Notes: generated from the letters alone by a model not told the origin. Counted from the whole stretch's first letter, positions 30,425 to 39,391 are shown. The stretch: DNA of 63,841 nt, filler included, from an uncultured Methanosarcinales archaeon (GCA_964409385.1; 5 parts of 5 records of this genome joined end to end with filler, not necessarily neighbours in it), one strand, 5' to 3'. Numbers and translations: made by a program.

Positions 30425-30744
30425 TCTAATGGGCATTCTGAAAGTTGTGCTAGTGTTTCTAGACTTTGCTCTCCTGAATATGTTTCTCCATTAATATACC
30501 ATGTTGGATAACCTTGTACTCCTGCATTAGTACATGCTTGAGGATTATTATCGCAATTCACATAAGCTACATTTTTGAATGAATTTCCAAACTGTGATTT
30601 TTGATTTTGACAGTATGAACACCAATCTGTTCCATACATTATTACGCCATTATCAGTTAGACAATTTGCGAACTCATCATAATTTCCTGTTCCTGAACAT
30701 GCTGCTAATAATAACAAACTTATGATAAAAATTGTTTTTTTCAT
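30421..30744 (-). CDS. Thioredoxin/glutaredoxin-like lipoprotein
   Basis: LLAAC lipobox; MYGTDWCSYC, YVNC...C...VQGYPTW. Confidence 0.85.
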   Translation of the reverse strand: MKKTIFIISLLLLAACSGTGNYDEFANCLTDNGVIMYGTDWCSYCQNQKSQFGNSFKNVAYVNCDNNPQACTNAGVQGYPTWYINGETYSGEQSLETLAQLSECPLE

Positions 30745-30768
30745 TTTATTACCTCTGATTATTTTATT

Positions 30769-31227
30769 TTAATTTTGTTCAGTTATTGGATAGTCGTATT
30801 TTTCAAATATTATTTGTTTTAATGTACTTAAATGTTGTTCTCCTACTTCTTCTGCTATAGCCGTCGCAAAATATTCTGCGAGGTAGGGATTACCATGTCC
30901 TTCTAATATTTCACCAATACACTCTCCACAGGGGTGTTTTCCTAAAATTATATCATTTAAACAATCGCATGAGGCTCCTTCTCCGTGTCCTGGTGTTTTT
31001 TCTATACAGTACATACAAGGTTGATCTAAGCAACATCTGTATTTATGTTCTGGTCTTAGTTCTTCTTGAATTGAATTTTTTAATGATGTGAATGTTTCTG
31101 TTTTGTGTTCCATACTTTGATGGTCTTCCATAAATCCATTAAATAGTTGGACTACTATTATTACTGAAATTATTAATACTAGGTTTTTGATAAACAGATT
31201 TCTTTTATTTCTTTTTTTAAATCTCAT
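30769..31227 (-). CDS. Membrane-anchored Cys-rich hypothetical protein
   Basis: N-terminal TM; eight Cys in YRCC..PCMYC...CDC...HPCGEC. Confidence 0.75.
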   Translation of the reverse strand: MRFKKRNKRNLFIKNLVLIISVIIVVQLFNGFMEDHQSMEHKTETFTSLKNSIQEELRPEHKYRCCLDQPCMYCIEKTPGHGEGASCDCLNDIILGKHPCGECIGEILEGHGNPYLAEYFATAIAEEVGEQHLSTLKQIIFEKYDYPITEQN

Positions 31228-31237
31228 TTTTCACACC

Positions 31238-31699
31238 TCATATTGTTATTCTTTCAGAATATTGTCCGTTTGTTAAATGATATATTGTCCATGGTTCTGT
31301 TTTTGGTCCTGGCATTCCTGGTGTGCCTGATGGCATTCTCGGTAGTGAAACTCCGTCCACATCTGGTTTTTCTTCTAAAAAATTGATTACTTCATCTATT
31401 GGAACATGTCCTTCAATAAAATAATCGCCTATTACCATTGTATGACAACTTTCCATGTTTTTTGGGATTTGATATTTATCTTTTATACTTTTCAAATCTT
31501 GAGAATTGACTGTTTCTACCTCAAACCCTTGCTTTCTCAACTCATCTATCTACCCTACACAACAACCACAAGTTTCTGATTTATAGACTAAAGCTTCATT
31601 ATTTCCTATCTTGTTAATTAACTCTTCAGAATCTACGCTTGGAGTACAACTAACAATAAATATTGTTAATACTAACAATAACAGAGGAAAAAGTCTCAT
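31238..31699 (-). pseudogene. DUF411 (CopG-like) metal-binding lipoprotein interrupted by in-frame TAG at 31550-31552
   Basis: MRLFPLLLLV..VSC...YKSETCGCCVG*IDELRKQGF...SCHT...YFIEGHVP...MPSGTPGMPG in one frame. Confidence 0.8.
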
Positions 31700-31701
31700 T
31701 C

Positions 31702-31902
31702 TCAACAACCACCTACCATTGTTGCTGGTGCTTGTATTCTTGTTGATTCTGCTGTTCTTTGACTTGTTGTTACTGGGGTATTTATTTCTCCCGTTTCAAT
31801 TTGTTCTTTTATTGAGTCTATTTGTATTGTTTGTGCTATTGAAAAAATTAGTAAGAAAAAAACTAGCACCATCATCAAATAATTTTTGTTTTTTATTTTC
31901 AT
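31702..31902 (-). CDS. Small single-pass membrane protein ending MVGGC
   Basis: TM, Thr/Ser-rich linker, PATMVGGC; start 2 nt after upstream stop. Confidence 0.75.
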   Translation of the reverse strand: MKIKNKNYLMMVLVFFLLIFSIAQTIQIDSIKEQIETGEINTPVTTSQRTAESTRIQAPATMVGGC

Positions 31903-31904
31903 TT

Positions 31905-32561
31905 TTAACATCCCCCTACCATTCCGCCACTTGCTTGTCCTTTTTCAATTCCTCTATTTGCATTTGTGGCTAATGATAAAAAATTCACTTCTATTCCTTG
32001 TTCTTTCATTATTTGTTCTTTCCCTTCATGTATTCCTGGGAAAAAGAGCATTTTTAGTTTAGAAACTTCTTCTAATATTAATGTATCACTCATATCAGGA
32101 TAATTTCTTATTAAATATTTTGTGATTCCTCTCATTGCATAAGCATGTGCACAACCGCATGCTGACTGTCCATTTTCTGAAATTATTGATCTTGCACCAC
32201 AGCAGTATTCACATGAAATTCCTCCAAAATCAGTATATAATATTTTTATGTATCTTTCTAATTCATTACTTGTTAATGTTATTGATCTGTCTAGATTTGA
32301 AAATTTTGAAATTGCCACATCTGCTTTTGCAGGGTCGTAAGGATCTATATCTTCATAATAAAAGTCTAGATCATTTCCATAAAATTCAGGAATTCCTTTT
32401 AATGAAGCTACTAATGAAGTTGTTACAGATCCTGTAGCTAAACTTCCCATATTATTTGAAGAAGTTGTTAATGAACTTAATTGATAAGCATTTACTACTA
32501 TTATTAATAATGTTACTGCTATTAATCCAAATAAAATGTTTTCGTTGTTTTTTTTATTCAT
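31905..32561 (-). CDS. Single-pass Cys/His-motif protein ending MVGGC
   Basis: TM; ISCEYCCGA, ACGCAHAYAMRG; GGMVGGC; GAGGGG SD and TATA upstream. Confidence 0.8.
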   Translation of the reverse strand: MNKKNNENILFGLIAVTLLIIVVNAYQLSSLTTSSNNMGSLATGSVTTSLVASLKGIPEFYGNDLDFYYEDIDPYDPAKADVAISKFSNLDRSITLTSNELERYIKILYTDFGGISCEYCCGARSIISENGQSACGCAHAYAMRGITKYLIRNYPDMSDTLILEEVSKLKMLFFPGIHEGKEQIMKEQGIEVNFLSLATNANRGIEKGQASGGMVGGC

Positions 32562-32615
32562 TATTTTTCCCCCTCTATTATAAATTAAATATGAAACCCT
32601 TTATAAAAGCTTGTT

Positions 32616-32629
32616 TGAAACTAGTTTCA
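32616..32629. promoter_or_regulatory. Perfect palindrome TGAAACTAGTTTCA beside TATA box (candidate operator)
   Basis: 14-bp palindrome just upstream of minus-strand TTTTATAAA (about 32599-32608); extra TGAAAC/GTTTCA half-sites at 32592 and 33071. Confidence 0.5.
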
Positions 32630-33067
32630 TTCCTTTAGAATAACTACGTTTGTCATGCCTCGTCTTTTCCTTTCTATAATTCCTTTTCCTTCTAATTTAT
32701 CTAGAAGTCTAGAAACTTTTACTTTATTTAGTTCTAATTTTTCTACTAGTTCTGATTGGAAACTTGTTCCTTCTGATTGTCTTAATTTCCTAACTATTTT
32801 TTTTTCTTCATTTGTTAAATCATATTTCTTTCTTATTATTTTATTATCTGCAAAGAACACAAGATATATTCCTATCAATACTGTTAATGACATAACTAAT
32901 AATCCTATGTTTGTTTGTAATTGTATTGTTCCCCACATTGGACAAGTATTTCCATGAGTGCATGCTGAAGCAACTATTTCTTTTAGTGCTTTATTAAACA
33001 TTAAGATTATTATTCCTATTATTATTGCAAAGCCTATTATTATTCCTCCTACTATTTTGTTTTTCAT
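32627..33067 (-). CDS. Membrane-anchored winged-helix regulator
   Basis: Two TMs flanking CTHGNTCPM; C-terminal FQSELVEK..LNKVKVSRLLDKLEGKGIIERKRRGMTN. Confidence 0.85.
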   Translation of the reverse strand: MKNKIVGGIIIGFAIIIGIIILMFNKALKEIVASACTHGNTCPMWGTIQLQTNIGLLVMSLTVLIGIYLVFFADNKIIRKKYDLTNEEKKIVRKLRQSEGTSFQSELVEKLELNKVKVSRLLDKLEGKGIIERKRRGMTNVVILKE

Positions 33068-33118
33068 ATTGTTTCAGAAAGAAAACTAATTTATATTATT
33101 ATTCTTTTTATTGCTATT

Positions 33119-33508
33119 GTGATGCCTTCAGTTCATTTTTTGAGTTCTTCATTATTATTTTTAATTTTATTTCCTTTCTTTGGATGGTTTTCTTTGATTG
33201 TTTATTTAGGTGGTTTTTTTATTGATGTTGATCATTACTTAATTTTTGTTATTAAGAAGAAGGATTTTAGTTTGAAGAATGCTTATTATTATTTTTTGAA
33301 GGGTAAGTTTAATTGGAAGACTGAACCTTTGGTATTTCATTTTTTAGAATTGACTTTTATTTTGGTTATTTTTTCTTTTTTTCATTGGATTTTTTTCTTA
33401 TTAGTTTCTGGAATAATATTGCATTTAATTTTGGATTTTATTCATGAGGTTAAACATAATAAATTCACTAAACACTGGTCTTTCTTTTACTGGTACTACA
33501 ATAGATAG
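33119..33508 (+). CDS. Membrane protein, metal-dependent hydrolase-like (YdjM/DUF457-like)
   Basis: H near N-terminus, GGFFIDVDH, FH..E, HLILD; hydrophobic. Confidence 0.6.
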   Translation: MMPSVHFLSSSLLFLILFPFFGWFSLIVYLGGFFIDVDHYLIFVIKKKDFSLKNAYYYFLKGKFNWKTEPLVFHFLELTFILVIFSFFHWIFFLLVSGIILHLILDFIHEVKHNKFTKHWSFFYWYYNR

Positions 33509-33569
33509 TTTCTAAACTATACTTTCTAAACTAGGAAATATTATATACATTATTTATCTTATATTAATA

Positions 33570-34100
33570 ATGAAAACATTTAAGAAACTTTTAGGAATTG
33601 ATGAATCTAATCACGGGAAATATCCTGAAATTTTTGTTGGTGTTTATTCTGAAAATTTAGAAGATCTTTTAGAAACTGAAGGTCTTGGAAAAATAAGAAG
33701 AAACAGTAAATTAAAAGATGCATTAACAAAAAATCAAGATTTTAGATATGTGGTTATTCCAAAAGAATACGCTAAAATACTAGGCAAAAAAAATATTCCT
33801 AAAGTTGCATGTGCAGAATTAATAAAATCATTTAACGGAATAGATTCTATAATTATAGACGGAGAATTCCCAAAAATTTTCAAAACAGATATAAGAAGAA
33901 TAGCATATCCTGTAAAAGCAAGAAACATTAAAACAATACCCAGGGCAGATATTACCTATCCATTAGTAAATTCTGCAGATCACATAGCAAATTTACTTCA
34001 TAGACATTATTCTCACGGCAAAAATATTGGAAATAATGATTTTATTGAAAAAATTATAACCTTAAAAGTTGAAGATTATCTACCACTAATTAAGAAATAA
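33570..34100 (+). CDS. Divergent RNase HII-like protein
   Basis: LGIDESNHG, IIIDG, RADITYPLVNSAD resemble GIDEAGRG / IVDG / KADxxYPxVxAAS. Confidence 0.6.
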   Translation: MKTFKKLLGIDESNHGKYPEIFVGVYSENLEDLLETEGLGKIRRNSKLKDALTKNQDFRYVVIPKEYAKILGKKNIPKVACAELIKSFNGIDSIIIDGEFPKIFKTDIRRIAYPVKARNIKTIPRADITYPLVNSADHIANLLHRHYSHGKNIGNNDFIEKIITLKVEDYLPLIKK

Positions 34101-34755
34101 TTACTGTAGCATCTTCTCTTAAAGAATTAATAAACTCATCAAATACTTCTCTCTTTTTCATATCTAACAAGTAAGCAGTAATATCCGCTTCTATATCTTC
34201 AAAAGGAGGAACTTCAGAATTTTCAGTATCTACCGCAACATTCATTTCATAAAAGTTTAAAACTTCTTCTTGAGTTACGAGAACGTCTGAAGAAACAGCC
34301 TCTACCAATTTAAAAATTCCTAATTGAATTTGATAATAAGCAATTATTTGATCATAATCAGCACCTTGTTCTTCAACATTAGCCTTCAAATCTTCCAAAG
34401 TTGAATTTTGCAATGTCAACAATTCACTTAAAGCATTTTCTGCATATTCTAATGAAACAGTTAAGCCTCTCGAATTAAGTTCTTGAATTAATAATGCTTG
34501 AGTTATTGCCTGATCCATTAAAATATCATCACTTATAGGTTGACCAGTTTGTTGTTCAAGAATTCCTTTTAATTGCATAAGCTCTGCTTGAGTAATATCT
34601 TCTCCATTAACAGTAGCAACAACATAATTAGGATTTTCCTGATTGTTAAAGATAAAAAATAAGAAAACTGCTATCAAAACAAAAATTCCAACTAGAACAC
34701 CATAGTAAAGATTGTTTTGTTTTTTCTTTCTAATATTTCTTTTTACCTTCTTCAT
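34090..34755 (-). CDS. SurA N-terminal-domain membrane-anchored chaperone
   Basis: TM then VATVNGEDIT, LLIQE, VTQEEV..FY, FI.SLREDA. Confidence 0.8.
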   Translation of the reverse strand: MKKVKRNIRKKKQNNLYYGVLVGIFVLIAVFLFFIFNNQENPNYVVATVNGEDITQAELMQLKGILEQQTGQPISDDILMDQAITQALLIQELNSRGLTVSLEYAENALSELLTLQNSTLEDLKANVEEQGADYDQIIAYYQIQLGIFKLVEAVSSDVLVTQEEVLNFYEMNVAVDTENSEVPPFEDIEADITAYLLDMKKREVFDEFINSLREDATVIIS

Positions 34756-34802
34756 TTTATTATTAAATTATTATTTATTTTATAAAATTTTTGGATATTT
34801 AA

Positions 34803-35069
34803 CTACGCCTTTCCAGGTTCTGAAGCAAAATAAGTCTTTCCATCAGTAAATACTTCTTCTTTCTTCTTATAAGCAATACCGTACCTTTCTTCTATTTTAC
34901 TTAATAATTCGTATTTTTCCATTAAATCATCAATTTTGTTCTCAATATGTTCCATTTCATTACTTACACTCTTAAATTTCTCTGCTAATTCAAAAATGTT
35001 CATTTCCTCTAATTCTTTTTCAGAATACGCTTTAAATTCCAAAAGTTCTTCTAAGACTGGCTTTACCAT
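34803..35069 (-). CDS. Hypothetical coiled-coil protein
   Basis: 88-aa Glu/Lys-rich ORF with upstream TATA. Confidence 0.6.
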   Translation of the reverse strand: MVKPVLEELLEFKAYSEKELEEMNIFELAEKFKSVSNEMEHIENKIDDLMEKYELLSKIEERYGIAYKKKEEVFTDGKTYFASEPGKA

Positions 35070-35146
35070 AATAACAAGAAGTAATCATTTTTTATAACCT
35101 TTTGCCTTAGATAAAGTTTTTATAGTAAGTTAATGTAAAAAATAAT

Positions 35147-36463
35147 ATGTATGATATAATTATTGGCAGAAGCGAAAAAGACAAGAAGAAATTCGGCCTT
35201 AAAGGAACTGTAATGATCGGCAAACAATATGTTCAAATGGGCAGAACAACCAGCCTTAGTAATCCAATATATTTAGATGTTGCAAATAGTCATGTTGTTT
35301 TTGTATGCGGAAAAAGGGGTAGTGGAAAAAGCTATTCTCTTGCAGTTATTGCAGAAGGTGTTGCTGATTTACCTGATGAAATAAGACAGAATATTTCTAT
35401 TGTAATGCTTGACACCATGGGAATTTACTGGAGTATGAAATATCCTAATGTTAGGGATAAAGATCTTTTGGATGAATGGGGTTTGGAAGGTAAGGGCTTG
35501 AACGTTCAAATATTCACCCCCAGTGGTTACTTTAAAGAATATAAGGATAAAGGAATTCCTACTGACGTTCCTTTCAGTATTTTACCTTCAGAACTTAATT
35601 CTTCTGATTGGACCAGAACTTTTGCAATTGAAGAAAATTCTGACGTTGGAGTTTTGATCCAAAGAGTAATTCATGAATTAAAAGATAAGAACGAAACTTT
35701 TTCTATGAATGATATAATAAAAGCAGTTGATTCAGATACTAGAGCTTCCCAGAACATTAAAGATGCTGCAAATAATCATTTTCTTGCAGCTAAGGATTGG
35801 GGTTTGTTCGAAGATAAAGGAACTAAAATTTCTGATTTGGTAACTGGTGGAAAAGTTACAGTTTTAGACTTATCATGCTATGCTACTATGGAAGGAGGTT
35901 GGAATATTAAAAGCTTAGTTGTTGGTTTAATAAGTCAAAAATTATTTATTGAAAGAATGATCGCAAGAAAAAATGAAGAATTTGAAGAATTAAAAGCATC
36001 CATAGAATATTTTTCTGAAGAGAAAAAGAAAAAACAAAAATTTCCTCTTGTTTGGCTAGCAATAGATGAAGCACATGAATTTCTTCCTGTTACTGGTAAA
36101 ACCTTAGCTACAGATCCTTTAGTAACTATTTTAAGAGAGGGTCGTCAACCCGGAATTTCATTACTTCTTGCTTCTCAACAGCCCGGGAAGATTCATACTG
36201 ATGTAATGACACAATCCGACACTATATTGAGTCATAGAATAACTGCAAAGCTAGACACGGACGCTCTAGGATTATTAATGCAGAGTTATATGAGAGAAGG
36301 TCTTGATAAAATGTTAAACGAATTACCTCGTGTTAAAGGCGCTGCTTTAATCCTTGATGATAATAATGAGAGGCTTTTTCAAATAAAAGTCCTTCCCAGA
36401 ATTTCTTGGCATGGTGGTGCATCACCAACTGCTATTAGTGAAGAAAAAGAATATTTCAAATAG
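35147..36463 (+). CDS. HerA/FtsK-like (DUF87) ATPase
   Basis: CGKRGSGKS Walker A, LDTMG, IDEAH Walker B, REGRQPG, ASQQP. Confidence 0.9.
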   Translation: MYDIIIGRSEKDKKKFGLKGTVMIGKQYVQMGRTTSLSNPIYLDVANSHVVFVCGKRGSGKSYSLAVIAEGVADLPDEIRQNISIVMLDTMGIYWSMKYPNVRDKDLLDEWGLEGKGLNVQIFTPSGYFKEYKDKGIPTDVPFSILPSELNSSDWTRTFAIEENSDVGVLIQRVIHELKDKNETFSMNDIIKAVDSDTRASQNIKDAANNHFLAAKDWGLFEDKGTKISDLVTGGKVTVLDLSCYATMEGGWNIKSLVVGLISQKLFIERMIARKNEEFEELKASIEYFSEEKKKKQKFPLVWLAIDEAHEFLPVTGKTLATDPLVTILREGRQPGISLLLASQQPGKIHTDVMTQSDTILSHRITAKLDTDALGLLMQSYMREGLDKMLNELPRVKGAALILDDNNERLFQIKVLPRISWHGGASPTAISEEKEYFK

Positions 36464-36520
36464 GAAATTCACTAGAAAATTCTAGCCAAACTTTATAAAA
36501 ACGTTTTTCTTAATTAGTTC

Positions 36521-36814
36521 ATGACCTTTTCAAAGAGCTTTCCTAAAAAGAGCAATAAAAGTGTTTATCCTAACTGGGAAGAAATTGTTTTATCTAATGA
36601 AGAAGAGAAAGAAATAGAAAATAAGGCCAGGATTGAAAATAATAAATTATTTGCTGAATGTGTTGAAGATGCTAAAACATTATTTCAAGAAAAGAATTTG
36701 AAAGAGTATCAAACAGATATTATAAACACTGCAATTTCTTTATTTGAAAAACGTGCTTCTCACGAAATTTTTTGGAAGGAAAATGCTGCTAAAGAAAAAT
36801 TTGACAAAGTTTAA
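36521..36814 (+). CDS. Hypothetical protein
   Basis: 97-aa ORF, TATA 30 nt upstream; AISLFEKRASH motif. Confidence 0.7.
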   Translation: MTFSKSFPKKSNKSVYPNWEEIVLSNEEEKEIENKARIENNKLFAECVEDAKTLFQEKNLKEYQTDIINTAISLFEKRASHEIFWKENAAKEKFDKV

Positions 36815-37023
36815 CGTTTATGTTTCTTAGTATGAATTGCTAAATCATCTTCATTCATTGCATGAGTTGCTGAAATTACAGATGCTATGAATGTTAATGC
36901 AAAAAATATCATAAAAGTTAATCCCCAAGTATTTCCTAAAACATCAAAATAAATAAAACTAGCAAAAAATGCTAAAATACTTATTATCATGAATGTGCTG
37001 CTTAATGGGGCTGCTTTGAACAT
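36811..37023 (-). CDS. Small two-TM membrane protein
   Basis: APLSSTFM...WGLTF...FIAS. Confidence 0.7.
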   Translation of the reverse strand: MFKAAPLSSTFMIISILAFFASFIYFDVLGNTWGLTFMIFFALTFIASVISATHAMNEDDLAIHTKKHKR

Positions 37024-37072
37024 AATACTTCTTTTAAATGAATTAATATTTAAAACTTACGAAAAGGTTTCC

Positions 37073-37127
37073 ATAAGTTACAGAATCAAGATTTTGAACT
37101 TATGTATTCTTCGAATACAGTAAGTTT
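37073..37127. repeat. Twin-hairpin intergenic repeat, copy b
   Basis: First 29 nt 28/29 identical to 42015-42043; second half matches 41637-41668. Confidence 0.7.
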
Positions 37128-37153
37128 TTATACTAGTTTCCATATCTTTATTT

Positions 37154-37792
37154 ATGAATTACGAATTATTGTTTGGTGATAATTATGTTCCTTCTAAAAA
37201 ACTTGTTATTATTGGTTGGAGTTTTAACATTCATAAATGGTTAGGACTTGAATTTTTTGATTTTGATGATAGAGGTACTGGTAAAAGAATGAATTTGAAA
37301 AGTAAAGATTTTTTTAGGGATTTGTTCAAGTATAAACTTAATGATTATGACATTAGTTTAACAACAGGAGAATTTTCTAATCATACTAGTTTCCATAAAG
37401 AAAATGAACAATTCCTTCATGAATATGTTAGGAGAATGTTTGAATCTGCTGAACCGAATTATTCTAAATTTTCTGAAAGAAACTTAATTGATGAAACTTC
37501 TGAGCAATTAGATTTGCTTGTTGAATTTGAACTTCACAGAAGATCAATCACTCATTCTGTAAACATACAAGATAGGCTTCATAAGATATCTATTCAAAAT
37601 ATTAATAATCGAATTTTTAACGAAAAGTATAAACTTATTGAAATGAATTATTTGCTCGACTTAATTCCTTTGGATAGGAAAGAAAATTTTAAGAAGTGTA
37701 TGATTGGTAAGATAGAAAGTATTTATTCAGAGAATTATGCTGCTGCTAGTTCTTTCAATAAAAAAATGAATGATCTTCAGAATAAACAATAA
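37154..37792 (+). CDS. Hypothetical protein
   Basis: 212-aa ORF, no motif recognised. Confidence 0.6.
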   Translation: MNYELLFGDNYVPSKKLVIIGWSFNIHKWLGLEFFDFDDRGTGKRMNLKSKDFFRDLFKYKLNDYDISLTTGEFSNHTSFHKENEQFLHEYVRRMFESAEPNYSKFSERNLIDETSEQLDLLVEFELHRRSITHSVNIQDRLHKISIQNINNRIFNEKYKLIEMNYLLDLIPLDRKENFKKCMIGKIESIYSENYAAASSFNKKMNDLQNKQ

Positions 37793-37824
37793 ACTTATTA
37801 ATTAAAACCTTCTTGTTTAATTGT

Positions 37825-38760
37825 ATGAAGCATAGAGTTGACATTACTGTTTTTATTTTAATAATATTTTTCTTAACGCAAGCTTTTGGGTTGGGATTGC
37901 TTGCTAAAGAAGCAGAAATAGTCACGACCATTGAAGATAATGTTACTACTATTTCTGTATATCATGGCGATACTGCTATTGGTGAAAGACCTCAAACTGA
38001 GGGCTTTTCTAGTTTTGCCTTAATTGTTTTAGTTATTATAATAAGTACTGGCTTATTTTTATTAATAGTTAAGTTTGCCAAGCATAAAATTTGGAAGACT
38101 TGGTTTTTCCTTGCTGTTTGGCTTTCTGTTACGGTTTCATTAGGTGTTTTTTTTGATGTTTGGATTGCTTATGTTCTTAGCTTAATGATTACTTTATACA
38201 AACTTTCTGGAAAGAGTGTTTTTGTCTATAATATTGGTGAGATACTAATGTATGCGGGTATTGGATTAATTTTTTCTCCTATGTTTGATATGTTATGGGT
38301 TTTTGTTTTATTAATTGCTATTTCTTTGTATGATATGTATGCTGTTTGGAAATCTAAGCATATGGTTAGAATGGCTGAATTTCAGAGAAAGAGTAAATTA
38401 TTTGCTGGGATTGCTATTCCTTATCATGAAGAAAAAGGCGCTTTGAAGAAAATGACTCATACTACTTCTGTAGCTTTTAAAACTTCTAAGTCTAAAACTA
38501 AACTTGCCATTCTTGGTGGTGGTGATGTTGTTTTTCCTTTAATTTTTGCTGGGGTGGTTCTTGAATTTTTTGTTAGTAAGCAAGTTTCCTTAGTTTCAGC
38601 TTATTTTCTATCTTTAATAATCGTAATTTTTTCATTGGCTAGTCTTGCATTATTATTTTATAAGTCTAAAGAAAACAAGTTCTATCCTGCCATGCCTTTT
38701 ATTTCTGCAGGTTGTTTTATTGGTTTTGGAATTAGTTATTTGGTATTTTTATTAATGTGA
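37825..38760 (+). CDS. Presenilin/signal-peptide-peptidase-like intramembrane aspartyl protease
   Basis: SLYDMYAVWKSKHM, LGGGD, PAMPF; about 9 TMs. Confidence 0.92.
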   Translation: MKHRVDITVFILIIFFLTQAFGLGLLAKEAEIVTTIEDNVTTISVYHGDTAIGERPQTEGFSSFALIVLVIIISTGLFLLIVKFAKHKIWKTWFFLAVWLSVTVSLGVFFDVWIAYVLSLMITLYKLSGKSVFVYNIGEILMYAGIGLIFSPMFDMLWVFVLLIAISLYDMYAVWKSKHMVRMAEFQRKSKLFAGIAIPYHEEKGALKKMTHTTSVAFKTSKSKTKLAILGGGDVVFPLIFAGVVLEFFVSKQVSLVSAYFLSLIIVIFSLASLALLFYKSKENKFYPAMPFISAGCFIGFGISYLVFLLM

Positions 38761-38792
38761 ATATTTATTAATAATACTTATTAGTTATTATT

Positions 38793-39134
38793 ATGAAAAA
38801 ACTATTTTTGATTATTGTTTTGTTTTTAGTGAGTTGTTCACCATCTTCGCAAACAACAATTGTGGATAACGAAAATTTGAGAGTTTGTGAAATTGGTCTT
38901 CCTGATTTATATTGTGACGCTTGCGCTTCTAATTCAGAGTTTATTCTTGAAAATTTGAATGGTGTGGTTAGTGCTAATGTTAATTTTGATAATAAGAATG
39001 CTATCGTAATTTATGATCCTAGTATTATTTCAAAAGATGAATTATTATTAGATACTGTGATTCAATATTATAGTGGTGTTATTTTGGATGATTCTGTTTG
39101 TGATTTTGATGAATTATTAATTGTTTGTAATTAA
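38793..39134 (+). CDS. HMA (CopZ-like) domain lipoprotein
   Basis: LVSC lipobox; LYCDACA...GVVSANVNF....VIYDP. Confidence 0.8.
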   Translation: MKKLFLIIVLFLVSCSPSSQTTIVDNENLRVCEIGLPDLYCDACASNSEFILENLNGVVSANVNFDNKNAIVIYDPSIISKDELLLDTVIQYYSGVILDDSVCDFDELLIVCN

Positions 39135-39391
39135 TTAAAAGAAATTATTTGAAATCCGTATTTGTTGATTTCTTCTTCATTCCAGAACTTAATATTTTTT
39201 GTTTTTCCTATATATGTTACTTTTTTTTCTATTGTTCTTCCTGTGTACGTTTTAGTTTCAGGATCCCATTCTTTTAGAATTAGTATATCTCCTATTTCAC
39301 AAGTCCAGTCTGCAAGTCTTAATTCGTAAGTTTTCTTTCCTTCTATTATTAATTGGAAATATTTTGGCCATACTTTCTTTTCTATTCTCAT
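39131..39391 (-). CDS. ASCH/DUF3850 domain protein
   Basis: KVWPKYF..I.EGKKTYELR...GDILILKEW...YTGR. Confidence 0.88.
   Translation of the reverse strand: MRIEKKVWPKYFQLIIEGKKTYELRLADWTCEIGDILILKEWDPETKTYTGRTIEKKVTYIGKTKNIKFWNEEEINKYGFQIISFN

Noticed and set aside
31550..31552. Genome-wide TAG reassignment or pyrrolysine
   Set aside because: TAG terminates conserved genes at their expected ends (uL2 20053, DUF655 42185, spt5 44132); only one internal TAG was seen.
31696..31710. Selenocysteine tail (GGC-UGA, like thioredoxin reductase GCUG) on the small MVGGC protein
   Set aside because: The same tail on the neighbouring gene ends in TAA, and no SECIS-like element or Sec machinery is visible.
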